A stretch of 62,953 bases of DNA, filler included, from Aduncisulcus paluster (Eukaryota): NCBI GenBank assembly GCA_024181965.1. It is 7 parts of 7 records of this genome, joined end to end, with 100 filler letters (N's around TTAATTAATTAA, not from the genome) between each part and the next. Parts side by side here need not be neighbours in the genome. Positions count along the whole stretch, not along the records: positions 37,171 to 46,389 come from BQXS01012505.1; positions 46,490 to 51,096 come from BQXS01012506.1; positions 51,197 to 62,953 come from BQXS01012507.1; 4 more parts are not named here. One strand, given 5' to 3'. The notes under the pieces were generated by a model. That model had not been told where the DNA came from. It saw only the letters and a program-made list of their open reading frames with translations, and ran no database searches. Both the position numbers and the translations under genes were made by a program. How positions within the stretch are numbered: the stretch's first letter is position 1; the number at the start of each line of letters is the position of its first letter. Below, in pieces: positions 42,384-53,972 of this stretch.

Positions 42384-44291
42384 TTGTTACTTGCGCAAAT
42401 TCTCCTTTCTGAAGATAACTCCGTTTTGCTCCAGAATAATAATCTTTCAAATAGATTAACAATAATGGTGCCCGAAAAACCTGAAAATCTTTGGGTCGTA
42501 TTGACAAACAAGGCCCCTAAAACAATTATTTCCACCACATGCACACTGAGTCTGAAAACTGAGCAAGACAACCCCGATTCCCCCGAATTCATCAAATTTG
42601 ATACTGTAACCTTTCAAATATTAGACTTTACCCCTTCTTTTCTTTTGTCTACCGGGATAACTCCCTTTTTCCTCCATATCAGCGGTCCTAAGGCCAAATC
42701 TTTGATGGTTCCATGCGTTAAGGACTTAAAACCAGCTGCCATTCTTGATCCTTCAAAAAATGAATATATTATGGAGCTAAGTTTCCCTTTAAGCCGTGAT
42801 TTTTCCAAGATTACAAAAATCCAATTAGAGATGACTTCTGAAAATGAATTAACCATTTTTGCTACTAATCTGAAAAATTGTGTGAAAGAAGGAGCAAAAA
42901 AACTTGGTTTGAAGGCTTCATCACTTACAGTTAAGCGTTGCCCAATGCTTGTTAAATGTGAAGGTAATGTCGTTTTTCAACCCGATTCAGACGAATATGA
43001 AGAGGAAGAAGAGGAAGAAGAAGATGAGGAGGAAGAGGAAGAGGAAGAGGAACATATGAGAAGCGGGGATAAAGGCTATATCGATCAGGAATGCTATGCT
43101 GACTTCTCTTCGGGGCATTCTGATGTTAAAGAGGAAGAGGAGGAATATTATGGAATTGGTTCGTCGCAACAAAAGGGTATTCGCGGTCAATCGAGTCCAC
43201 TCCATCCTAGATTACTTACCGACCGTGCTATTGAAGCCCGTGGTCGTGCTGTTGCTGCTGGCGAAGGATTTACTGGTGCTTCCTATGGTTTTGAACTTGT
43301 ATACGCCCCGTTTCAGCGAGATGGACAGACTGTCATGAAAGCTCACAAGGCTGCGTACCATCTTGAAGAGAAACCCTCGACTGACACAGACATGGTTCTT
43401 GATTCTCTCCTAGATCTACATATAGAACCCACTTCAATGGCTGTTCAAGGTCACGACAGCTGTGTATTACTCCATGGAGATAGTTCTGGAGCCGCTTCGA
43501 ATGTGTTCGAGCTCGATGTCAATAAGCAGGCTGTCGTACGTACCTATGAAGCCAAGAGTCGTGGGAGATCGTTACCAATCAAATCAATATCCAACTTCTC
43601 AAACGATCTTCGATCTACATCAGAAAGTCATAGTCTCTTTTACGGTATTGGAGACCACGCCATGTTCACAATGGATAAACGTCTTGCCGATCCAATGACA
43701 CGAAAATCACTGAAAGAATTCGCTACTATCTCCTTTACCGCCATTGCCACGTCTTCGGATGGGCATATTGTTACTGGAGATAAAGATGGGTCTGTTCGAT
43801 TCTATTCCAAGACAGGGACAAACGCTTTGACTAAAATTGACCATCCATTGGGGCAACCGATCATTTCACTATCGGTTTCAGCCGACAACCGGTATGTCTG
43901 TGCTACATGCCGGTCTATGATTCTATTTATACATACTGAGGGTTTGAGTGGTAAGAATGCCTTTTCAAATCGATTGTTAAACGATGACAAACAGAATTCA
44001 GTCATTTTGAGGCTCAAAAGCTCTGATATGGCAAAGATTAAAACGGATTATTCAAGTTTCTTCCTTCCTGCGTCGTTTTCTTATTCTCACAAGGGAGGAG
44101 AATGCATTATAAGTGGTATATGTGATTATACAGTGAAGTGGAATGTTAAGGAAATTATCAAAAAGAAAATGGACGTTCCTTACACATTGAGACACAAAAA
44201 GGAGAATTTGGTAGCTACTGGGCAACTTGTCGGTGGGGAAAGGGTCAGAATTGATGTATTTAAACAAGATATGGAGCTGAGTGACGAATAA
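42384..44291 (+). CDS. VID27: VID27/CYPRO4-family beta-propeller protein (start uncertain; first ATG 42465; possible upstream intron 42331-42369)
   Basis: Acidic linker, then FTAIATSSDGHIVTGDKDGSVRFY...ALTKIDHPLGQPIISLSVSADNRYVCATC, the VID27 C-terminal signature. Confidence 0.8.
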   Translation: MLLAQILLSEDNSVLLQNNNLSNRLTIMVPEKPENLWVVLTNKAPKTIISTTCTLSLKTEQDNPDSPEFIKFDTVTFQILDFTPSFLLSTGITPFFLHISGPKAKSLMVPCVKDLKPAAILDPSKNEYIMELSFPLSRDFSKITKIQLEMTSENELTIFATNLKNCVKEGAKKLGLKASSLTVKRCPMLVKCEGNVVFQPDSDEYEEEEEEEEDEEEEEEEEEHMRSGDKGYIDQECYADFSSGHSDVKEEEEEYYGIGSSQQKGIRGQSSPLHPRLLTDRAIEARGRAVAAGEGFTGASYGFELVYAPFQRDGQTVMKAHKAAYHLEEKPSTDTDMVLDSLLDLHIEPTSMAVQGHDSCVLLHGDSSGAASNVFELDVNKQAVVRTYEAKSRGRSLPIKSISNFSNDLRSTSESHSLFYGIGDHAMFTMDKRLADPMTRKSLKEFATISFTAIATSSDGHIVTGDKDGSVRFYSKTGTNALTKIDHPLGQPIISLSVSADNRYVCATCRSMILFIHTEGLSGKNAFSNRLLNDDKQNSVILRLKSSDMAKIKTDYSSFFLPASFSYSHKGGECIISGICDYTVKWNVKEIIKKKMDVPYTLRHKKENLVATGQLVGGERVRIDVFKQDMELSDE

Positions 44292-44499
44292 ATATCATCA
44301 ATACAATAAGTATTAGTCAATATTATTAAGATTTAGTATTGTTCTATTACTTTACAAGTTATGGTTGATGATTGCGTCACTAAATGATCAAAGTGGATGG
44401 GTTTAATTGATTAGAATCAGGAAGTTTTCATTCTCTTCTTCAATTCCTTGGGACTGACCATAATCCATGAGATAGTTTGTACTGGGACAGGTCAGGAAC

Positions 44500-44719
44500 G
44501 GTGGTGGGTGGGTGGTGGGTGGGTGGAAGTTGAAGATTCGTATTCATTTTCATATTTATATGACTATACTGTACTATGACTCAACTGTGGATGCAACAAT
44601 AGAAATAGGAACATCAGAAGAAACATGAGTTGATAGCCTGGCCATGATCATAGAAATGATGATAGTATAGTCATAGTATAGGTGAACGGTGGGGTGGGTG
44701 GGGTGGGTGGGGTATGGGG
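44500..44719 (+). other. Two putative G-quadruplex tracts (44500-44526 and 44688-44719)
   Basis: GGTGGTGGGTGGGTGGTGGGTGGGTGG and GGTGGGGTGGGTGGGGTGGGTGGGGTATGGGG; at least four G3 runs each, short loops. Confidence 0.7.
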
Positions 44720-44754
44720 TATCGTCATCGGCTTGAGATAGACTTCTAGGACAG

Positions 44755-46339
44755 TCACACCAGGTGCATCGTATCATGAGGCATGTGGAATTGTGGAGAA
44801 GAAAAGCTTAGGATCTTGGAGAATGCATCCACTATAATCGGACAGTATAGTACAGTATAGGTCGATAAGATGTTGTGTTGCTTGTTGATGGTTAAAAGGT
44901 GCAGAGAGTTGGGACGATCAAAGCGTTTCCAGTGGCTCGACAAATCACCACAGAGCTTTTCAAGGATCACTTTCAGAGACTCCTTGGTATCCGGCAAAGA
45001 AGAAAGTTCCCAGACACTCACACCGTCAAGGTACACTTGAATCCCAAGACACCATATCTTCCCAATGCTCGGATCTTCTATCTTTATCATTTCCTTACAC
45101 TCGATTATCTTTAAGAGTTGAACTCCATAAGAATGACAAACTTTTGAGAGCAAGCTGATGGCGATCCTTATGACGATGGATATAATGATAAGATTTAAGA
45201 ACCGTAGAATTCAATTGTTCTCCAACCTGCGAGTCCATATTTGAGAGAGGTCCATGGAGTTCAACCCACTCCGGAAGATGGACAAGAAAATGAGGTTTAA
45301 CCATTAACATTCTTTTGGCTAATAACACCGCTTTTAAGTCCCAGTGGAATGATTACTCTCCTTCTGAACATGAACATTATCAACTACTTCAACAGCTTCT
45401 TCCCGTGTCATCGCTGTTTTTGCCTCCTTGGTGTACTTTTTTGTGATGGAAAGGGCAGCAACAAAATCATCCCATGTCAGATGTTCGGTATAGAGGTGCC
45501 AACAGCTTCTCTTCCAGCTCATCACCCATTCTTCCAAAACTTAAAATTCTTTCCTCAACAATATCTCAATCCTCTTTTATCTCTTCGTAGTGGTCAGTCC
45601 CCTTTTCTTGGATGTCCAACTAACACAGAAGAAGCACTCTTCCTATTGTGAGAGCCAGGAATTGACTTATTCAAGAAATAGAGATTTGTTTTTAAAAAAG
45701 AGAAAAATAAGATGAGATTGGAAAATAAGGAAATGGAAGGTCCCTACAGTTCATCAACAGCTACATGATAAGTTCCATGGGGTAAAACAATATTAATCGG
45801 TCCGCCAGTTGACCCGTGCCTTGTCGATAGTTCTTTGGAGCGAAGAAAAAGTTAGGGTGGATGTCTTCTCTCCAACCCATTTTAAGAAGGAAAGGGTGTC
45901 CATAGCATCTGGATATATATTTTTTCCGACTCGAACCCTTTTGGGATCACACTGAATTCGGCCATCTCGTCGCTTTCTGGGCCGCCGGCTTCGTCCTTTA
46001 ACACGAGAGCAGTGCCGGCAATAGCTCACCCTTATGACTGACAGTGTGACTTCTTTTCTCGATCTCAAGTAGCAGCTGTTTGATCTTATAAACGGATGGA
46101 AGGGTCATATCTTCAGCTTTTGCGGCACTGTAATACCTCTCATAGGTAGACATAGGTATTTGCCGGCTCATAACCGAGTGAATTATCTCATTTAACAAGA
46201 GATTATCGGTATGGGGATAGGGTGGCATCGATGGGACAGGGCTTGGTTCATAGTGGAACAATGGTGGTTTTGGAGGCTCAAACTGTGGTGTAAACTCAGG
46301 CTCAAACACAGCTTCAGGCGAAAGACTACCTTCAAACAT
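44755..46339 (-). mobile_element. Decayed, internally deleted CACTA/EnSpm (CMC superfamily)-like transposase
   Basis: Fragments TLPSVYKIKQLL...IRVSYCRHC, HVAVDEL*, and KPHFLVHLPEWVELHGPLSNMDSQVGEQLN (K-x-H-x3-H...GPL...E-x2-N pattern); many stops and frameshifts. Confidence 0.65.
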
Positions 46340-46389
46340 TGTGGCGCAAGTATGGAGATGATGGGGAAAAGTGGACGGTTGATCTATCT

Positions 46390-46489
46390 NNNNNNNNNNN
46401 NNNNNNNNNNNNNNNNNNNNNNNNNNNNNNNNNTTAATTAATTAANNNNNNNNNNNNNNNNNNNNNNNNNNNNNNNNNNNNNNNNNNNN
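46390..46489. other. Artificial contig spacer
   Basis: N44-TTAATTAATTAA-N44. Confidence 0.97.
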
Positions 46490-48334
46490 CAAAGGCCAAG
46501 CACAAAAGTTGGAATATCAGCACATAATTTGTTCATACTACCCTGTTTAAATAGATACCTAAATCCAGGCTCAATTATTTTTATAAATGTGAGGGAGGTA
46601 ACACTATTAACTGGATGAAATATTTTTCCACACAAAAAACAGAATTCGTGGTCGATCTCTCCTTCCAAAACTTGAACAATTCTTGAGAGATTCTCATAAA
46701 AGTTGTTGAAAATCAATCGAACCATATCATCAAAGAAAAATTCTTCATTTGAAGAGAAAAGAACAAGGCAACCAACACAAAATATCAATTCAAATCGATG
46801 ATCCCAGATAGATTGATCAGATGAGCAATAAGATGAAAATATCTCAAGAAGAATATCTTGGTGCTTCAGAAAGAGTTCTTGGAAGGCCTCATCGCCCTCA
46901 CATTGTCGAATCAAATCAATCAACCCGCCCAATTTTTGAATGTATGTGGAAGAATGACAGTTCAAGAGATATTTCAAATAAGCTGGGCATACCTTGACAA
47001 CCGAATTAATATTACTATTTCTGTGACAATATAGCACATCTTCATCATATTTGGGCAATATATGAGGAACAATGGATGGAATAGCTGAGAAAGAAGACAT
47101 TAATTGAAGGAAAGAAGCCATATGTCCATCAACACGATGTGTGACAACAAATTTGATAATATCATCGAGAGAATCCTTCAAGATGTCAAATACTTCAGCT
47201 GTGTGGGAACAAGAACAGAAATAAAAAGAAATATCGAGGAAATTGACGAAATAATCCTGGAAATCGAACTCAGATCGAATTGATTTATGATCATCCTTAA
47301 CATTGATGATGGGAATTTCAGGACTAATTTCTTTCTTGATAACCTCAACCAACTTGGGAAAAAGATGCCAGCATTTTTCCATTCGTTCAACATTTATGTA
47401 TTCACTGTTACACACAAACCCTTTCACAATAGTAATCCAATCACCACACAACCGTTGTGATTGATATTTTTCCATCCAAGGAATCACATAGGGCAAAAGA
47501 GAATCCAAAAATATAACCATAGATTGGTTATGACTCAAAACAGAGAGAATTTTACCACAAGCAAGGATATCTTCAACAAATTCCTCATCAAATGATATAG
47601 ATGATCCAAATTTAAAGAAATCAATCAGAGATTTAATGAAATCGGATAGTATGAAATTGATTCTGATATCCATAAAGAATTGGGGACATCTCTTCAGAGA
47701 ATTCCTCAAAACCCGGAATAGATTCTTTGTAATTGAATTGATTTGTCCTGGCTTCTTATCTCTCAGTATCATTTCAACTTTTAGCATTGGAGACAGTAGA
47801 TGATAAAGGAAGGAATCTATCGAGATAACCTCACGTGTACCCGAAAAGACAACTGGAGAAGTTCCTAGGTTGCCTAACTGAAAAAGTGAGGATATATACT
47901 CAAAAACAAAGACAAAATTCGGCCGATTATCTCCAATATCGGATGGAGAAGCAAAATAACCAAAAAAGTGTGAAAGAGATGAGACGATCTTTCGAAAAAC
48001 TTGCCGTCCCACATAGTTTGAAGGAACCTCCCCCAACTTTATCTTCAAATTCTTCAACTTATTGACCAAAATCTCGAGAATTGGACCGTTTGCAGGAATG
48101 TTCTGTTGACAAATGGGCAGAAATGGTATTCGTGTAGATGAAAATAATAATAATAAATAAATAAGGACAATTCGTGCAAAAATAAATATAAAATGAAGAC
48201 GGAGAATGTGGATAAAGCAAAGCTCTTGCCTTTATAGCTCATATTGACGACTATAAAAATCCATTTACAAAATCCGACCATAAAGTATAGCAACGACATA
48301 CTGTACAAGGCGAAAACGAATGTTCATGATGCAT
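46490..48334 (-). CDS. Divergent repeat-only member (member 4) of the ARM-like super-repeat family, no kinase; probable intron 48103-48301; 3' truncated
   Basis: FSAIPSIVPHILPKYD, LIDLIRQC...HRFELIFCVGCLVLF, NLSRIVQVLEGEIDHEFCFLC, YLFKQGSMNKL align with the repeat. A GTATGT...CAG intron gives an in-frame ATG at 48334. Confidence 0.75.
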
Positions 48335-48921
48335 TAGAAATCTAGATTTGATCGAAAAAAAATCGTGATTGTCGGTGGAATGTTGTCAAAAGAACTTCTT
48401 TTGAAGTGTCTTGGTTTTGCTCCGAGTTTCTTGTGAATATTCCCTCTTTTTCACTTAAATTGGATACAAATAACATGCAATGAAATTATGAACTCCATAT
48501 TTGTGGCTGGAATGTTATTTGAGTTGGATGGATTTTGATACTCATATCCGGTGTTATCGTACATATTATAGAATTATTATTGGGGAATCCATGAATTAAA
48601 ATGATACTGGCCACAGTGTAGAATGTGATTTCTTGTTAAATGCTTTCACTTCAGCATATTATCATACTTCACAGCTGGGGCCGCTATGTCGGGCACAATC
48701 AAGATATGAATATAGTATACCACTAGCGACATTGAATGATGAGATATTTTGATACGAGTCTTTACTTATTCTTTCTAGAAAGTGTCTAAAAAATTCTATT
48801 CGTATTAATAATGTTCAGTAATTTTGCATTAGCATAATGCAACCTCAATTTAAAGTTATAATAAAATAACCAGTTATATATTAAAGTGTATTCTTAATAT
48901 TACATTCATATTTATCTTTAT

Positions 48922-51096
48922 CTACTCTTCAGAGTCTTTCTGAGCCTTTTCAGCTGCAGCCACAACCTCCAAGAACACCTGCTCAAGCGTTGTTCCACTA
49001 AGACTCCAATCGATGACCCCAATCGAAGTCTTCAGGGCCTCCAATTTCTCGAACAACCCTGCAACACGCCCCTTGATGACGTCTCCAGGGATGTCAAATT
49101 CGATAACTTGAGACACGACGCTGTTCACGACAGCCTCAGGGATGAGTCCCTTGATTGTCTTTGTGGCAAGAGTGGTGTCAGGACATGACATGACCAACCT
49201 CGAACCCTTGTCGAACNNNNNNNNNNNNNNNNNNNNCAATCGAAGTCTTCAGGGCCTCCAATTTCTCGAACAACCCTGCAACACGCCCCTTGATGACGTC
49301 TCCAGGGATGTCAAATTCGATAACTTGAGACACGACGCTGTTCACGACAGCCTCAGGGATGAGTCCCTTGATTGTCTTTGTGGCAAGAGTGGTGTCAGGA
49401 CATGACATGACCAACCTCGAACCCTTGTCGAACCTGTTCTTCAAGTGAGTGTGAGACCCACCAGCAATCACCCTTCCACTACTCATGATAAAGATACGAT
49501 CAGCGAGAGCCTCAGCCTCCTCCATTGAGTGGGTTGTGATCAAAATGCATCTGTTCTGCTTGGCCTGCAAGAAGGCATTCCATAGCTTACGACGACTGTG
49601 GGGATCGAGACCCGTGGTAGGTTCATCGAGAAGAATTACCTCAGGATTTCCACACAAGGCCATTCCCACTGCCAGTCTCCTCCTCATTCCTCCACTGAGA
49701 TGGGAAGATGGGATGATAGATTGATTCCCAAGACCAACAACATCCAGAATAAATGACAATGTTGCTGCTCGAGACGTTTGGGAACACCCTTGACACGACT
49801 GTAGAAAAGAATATGCTCTCCACAAGTGAGTGAAGGCCACATCTTCTCGAATTGAGGACAAACACCGAGAGACTCACGGACAATCTGCATTCCAGCGGGA
49901 GAACGAACATCATGTCCACAGATCTCATTGATCCATCAGTCGGGGCATACAACCCACACATGATATGCACCGTGGTACTCTTTCCTGCACCATTACGACC
50001 AAGAAGCACCACACATTCACTCTGATGGATTGTCCAGGACACTCCTCTAACAGCCCACTTTGTGTCATACTTCACCTCTTGCACTCTCTCTTTGAAATGT
50101 TGTCTGAACGGTATTGGTTGCATTAGTGATAATCTCTCCAGCGGCATCCTTCTCCCCATTTCTAACTCAACATCCTCACGGATGGCTCTGAGTTGCTGAG
50201 CAATAGCCCTATTTCCACCTCCATAGGCCTTCTTCATGTTCATGAGACGAACCATTGGAGCACGTTCACCAGGCTTGTAATCACGCATGGCAGAATAACG
50301 CTCTTGCTTGAGATCAACATCATACACATCGTTCAGAGTGTGTCCATCATGAGCATCGGAAGAGTAGGAGAGAGGAGCACAACCCTTCTCAACAGAAGCT
50401 GCAGCGGCAGTGGCGAGAAGAGTGCTGTGTTCACCAGTACTCTCGAATCCTCCCATGGCACTTGAGCTTCTGCTGTGTTTGGTTGATCCAGCCTTACGTC
50501 TGATCTTCCTCATCAACTGTTCCTCACGTGTGCTCATCCTTCCGGTTCCAGTGAGACTCCTTGTCTCTCCAGCACTGGCACTTCCATACCGAGCAGTGGT
50601 GGATCCTTCACTGAGAGCTTGCATCTGCTTCTTCTTCATCTCAACAGACCTATCCTTATCCTTGACACGCACAGCATGAGCAATGAATGGATGGGCAATG
50701 AGCATCCCGATGGCCCACATGGTGTCCTTGAAGGTGATCTCAACAGTGTCGTCAACAAACACCTCTGGCTCATCGATGGCCATCTGACGCAGTTCGTACC
50801 CCTTCTCTTCCATCTGAGCACCCTCGTAGGCACCAGTATCGATCTTGAGCCTCAGCTTAGCCATGGTGTTAGTCCAGAGATGGTATCTGACCTTTGACGC
50901 AAGGACGATTGCCTTTCTGCAGAAGAACAGAGGATGGTCGTGGACTCCACTCTTGTGAGGCATGATGATATCAATGTACATACCAAGGATATGGAGAACA
51001 ATGGACCCAAGAAGACAGCATCCAAGACGACCCCACATGGCAGAACCTTCACCGTGGAACAGCTCAGATGTGGTGATACCGTGAGGATTGTCATCG
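48922..51096 (-). CDS. ABCA: ABC transporter subfamily A, C-terminal part, with two -1 frameshifts (about 49927 and 49753); 5' truncated
   Basis: GRNGAGKST, LGVCPQF, LSGGMRRRL, ILLDEPTTGLDP, TTHSMEEAEALADRI, TTLEQVF. Confidence 0.9.
49217..49433. other. N20 gap followed by an artefactual duplicate of 49020-49216
   Basis: 197 nt repeated across the gap. Confidence 0.9.
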
Positions 51097-51196
51097 NNNN
51101 NNNNNNNNNNNNNNNNNNNNNNNNNNNNNNNNNNNNNNNNTTAATTAATTAANNNNNNNNNNNNNNNNNNNNNNNNNNNNNNNNNNNNNNNNNNNN
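51097..51196. other. Artificial contig spacer
   Basis: N44-TTAATTAATTAA-N44. Confidence 0.97.
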
Positions 51197-51623
51197 CAAA
51201 CACGGTACGTCTACCGTTGCACCACTTGTAGTTTGAACTGTAGCTGGCATTTGTTCAATAATATTATTGTTAGCTGTTCTACAGAATTTATGCTTGGAGC
51301 AAATACTATTTTGAAATAAAATATAAATTCCCAGTTTTTGGATTTGAAACCAAACCGGAACCAAAAAATAAAACATTCTTAATCCTTTAATATAATAAGA
51401 TGATAACTTCAAAATAATAAATAATAATAATAGTTTCTGTCAATAATAAATAAACAACATTGTAATACCATCATACTAACACCAGGGCTTCACGAATAGG
51501 AGGATACCCATCTACCACTACACTATGGAGAATTACATAAATATTTTTTTGAAAAATAATTTGTGTAAAAAAAAAAGTATTTAATATCCTCTCAAAATCA
51601 CTAATTTTAGTTTGGATAAGAAT

Positions 51624-51759
51624 TACTAAATTAGTACTAAATCTTAATCTTATATTGTCTACTAACTTTAGTACTCATCAAGTATAATACTAATTTGGTA
51701 CTAAATCTTAATCTCATATTGTCTACTAACTTTAGTACTCATCAAGTATAATACTAAAT
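51624..51759. repeat. 64-bp tandem repeat, about 2.1 copies, built from TACTAA/TTAGTA sub-motifs
   Basis: Units 51624-51687 and 51688-51751 differ at only a few positions. Confidence 0.9.
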
Positions 51760-52334
51760 GGGGATTAACTTTAGTATTTATTTGTTAGTAGTACTAACAT
51801 CAATGAAACTCTGACGGATGCCACTTCTTCAATTTTAGAAGTCCTGTATCAAGACTTAAACTTCGCCCGTATCAATTGCGTTTTTCCCAACATATGTTCT
51901 TGAACATCTTCCCCATTTTAAATTATATCCCTTTGAACTTGGGAACTCTTCGATTCCATTAATTTACTGTGGAAGTGCAGTATAGTACAGTATTTGTCTG
52001 TAGCAGCTAGGCGGGGATTAGTGCAAGCTCATATCATATGATCCCATGATGGGAATAATTTTGAATGTGGTGTGTGTTTTGATCGTTGAAGAATTCAATA
52101 GATTTTTAATTACCTCTTGCTCTCTACTCTGAATCTATCCCCAAAACCACAGGTATCGAGGACATTTTCACGGCAAAATGATGACCTAAAATTGGCTAGT
52201 GCTAATCATAATTATATGAAATGACTATTAAAATAATCAGAAAGTAAATAGTAAATCGATACACATAATAGTTATAGATCAATAATAAGTTGCAGGCACA
52301 CTGTGTTTGTATATAACTTAATTGGTTACTTATA

Positions 52335-53571
52335 CTACATTTCCCCAGCCTGCATTCTGTCAAGAACGACACTCACAGGAACGAATGTTTGACCACTTTC
52401 ATCCTGTTCACCCTGGGCAACAACTTCATCAGGGAGAGGCTGTATGGGTTGTGAGGAAGGTTGATAAAGAGGAGAGTGGGACTTATCTTCAATATCAATT
52501 CTTTGATCTCCCAACTCTGATTCTGGTTGGTAGGTGGATGAACGCATTGCACGCTGTCTCTGTCTCTGCTCAGCCCTTTTTTCCCCTTTCTTCTTCCTCA
52601 CGTTTCTTTCTTTCTTCCTCACGTTGAGTTTTTTCCCTCTCATAACTAGTTTTGCACGAACTGAAGCAGCCTTTTTCAATTAGGACTGAAATAATAACAA
52701 TAACACCACATCATCCCCCAATAATCAACAAGATAGTGCCAATCGTAATAAGAGTAGACCAATCATCTCCGAGATCTCCACCATATTTGGCCTGATAAAT
52801 CCCACAATAGGTAGTAATATCATAAATATTTAAAGAAAGGGAACTTACTGGAAGATAATCAACCGAAGAGCAACTAAATGACTCGGCGGAATAGTAGTAA
52901 CCGTTGACAAACCTAACATCATCGTCACTGACATCATAAGTATTCGGATACGTCGAAGTATGCTTGGGGGTGATTCCAATATTAAGATCTGTTGCATATG
53001 CTACAGAAAGACATGTATATGAACATAAATGTTCTTGATTGGAGTAGCAATCCCCATCATCATCGGTACATGATATAACACTGATCACAAACTGCTTTGA
53101 GGTTGATAAATTGGACGTACTGTCTTCAAACAACTCAATATCGGCGTAAAAGTCGAGTCCAGAAACACCTGAAATATCAGAGCTTGTAAAAGGAGAATAT
53201 CTGTAAAAATATGAATCCATATCAGAGCTAGAAATACCTCTTTCTTCAAGGGCTGCCATATCATCCTCATCAACACCACATGGTTCATCGCTATAAGCAG
53301 TAAAATCATTGATATCAAGAGAGAAGGTTGTGCCATTGAAGTTAAGAGTCATGCTCATTGTAGCAAGAGAATTTTTGAACCTAGAGAAGGAAGAGGATGA
53401 TGAAACATCCTCAATTGAGGCCACAAAAGAATCTACGTTATCGAAATAACTGTTCGTAGCTACTATTCCGACTATCAGAAAAAGGATGCCAGAAAACAGG
53501 AAAAAAAATCCAATAAAACCCGATATAACAACTATATTAAAGATTTTTGCATTATAGTTTCCATTAGACAT
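52335..53571 (-). pseudogene. Two-TM membrane protein (Cys/Asp/Ser-rich ectodomain, charged tail) with an in-frame TGA (52711-52713) in TM2 and a +1 shift near 52585
   Basis: GTILLIIGG*CGVIVIISVLIEKG continues the helix past the stop; the tail resumes in the 52335-52679 frame. Confidence 0.65.
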
Positions 53572-53972
53572 TATGTAGCGAAAATAAAAACAATCGGTGC
53601 AAAAAAGGGCTATTCATGGGCGCGCCGCCACTGGCTATCAACTTGATGACCTCCGCCGCGGCTGCCTTGAAGGCATGATCAGATGCTCTGCAAGAAAGGG
53701 CATAAAACATCATAGTTCGATGTTTGGGAGTTGATATTTCAGTTAGAAATTAGCAGCAAAAATTCATTTGTCAGCAATTGCTTTGAAATAATATCAATAT
53801 GTAACAAAATAAACTCGACAAGCTGAATCGTTAAATAAAGCATTAAAAAAGTTGGTACTAAATATTTTATTCATTAAAAAATAATTAAACTATTTTTTAT
53901 TAATTGTTGGCATTGAGATATCTTTCCAATACTATTTTAGATTTGAAACCCGTTTTCTGAGCGGCGTTTAGT

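Noticed and set aside
51624..51759. CRISPR-like array
   Set aside because: Contiguous tandem units without unique spacers, in a eukaryotic context with no cas genes.
52711..52713. In-frame TGA (GG*C) as selenocysteine
   Set aside because: It lies inside a TM helix, the gene also has a frameshift, and I saw no convincing SECIS.
53663..53675. tRNA-Sec-like TCA anticodon hairpin on the minus strand
   Set aside because: No acceptor stem, T arm or cloverleaf.
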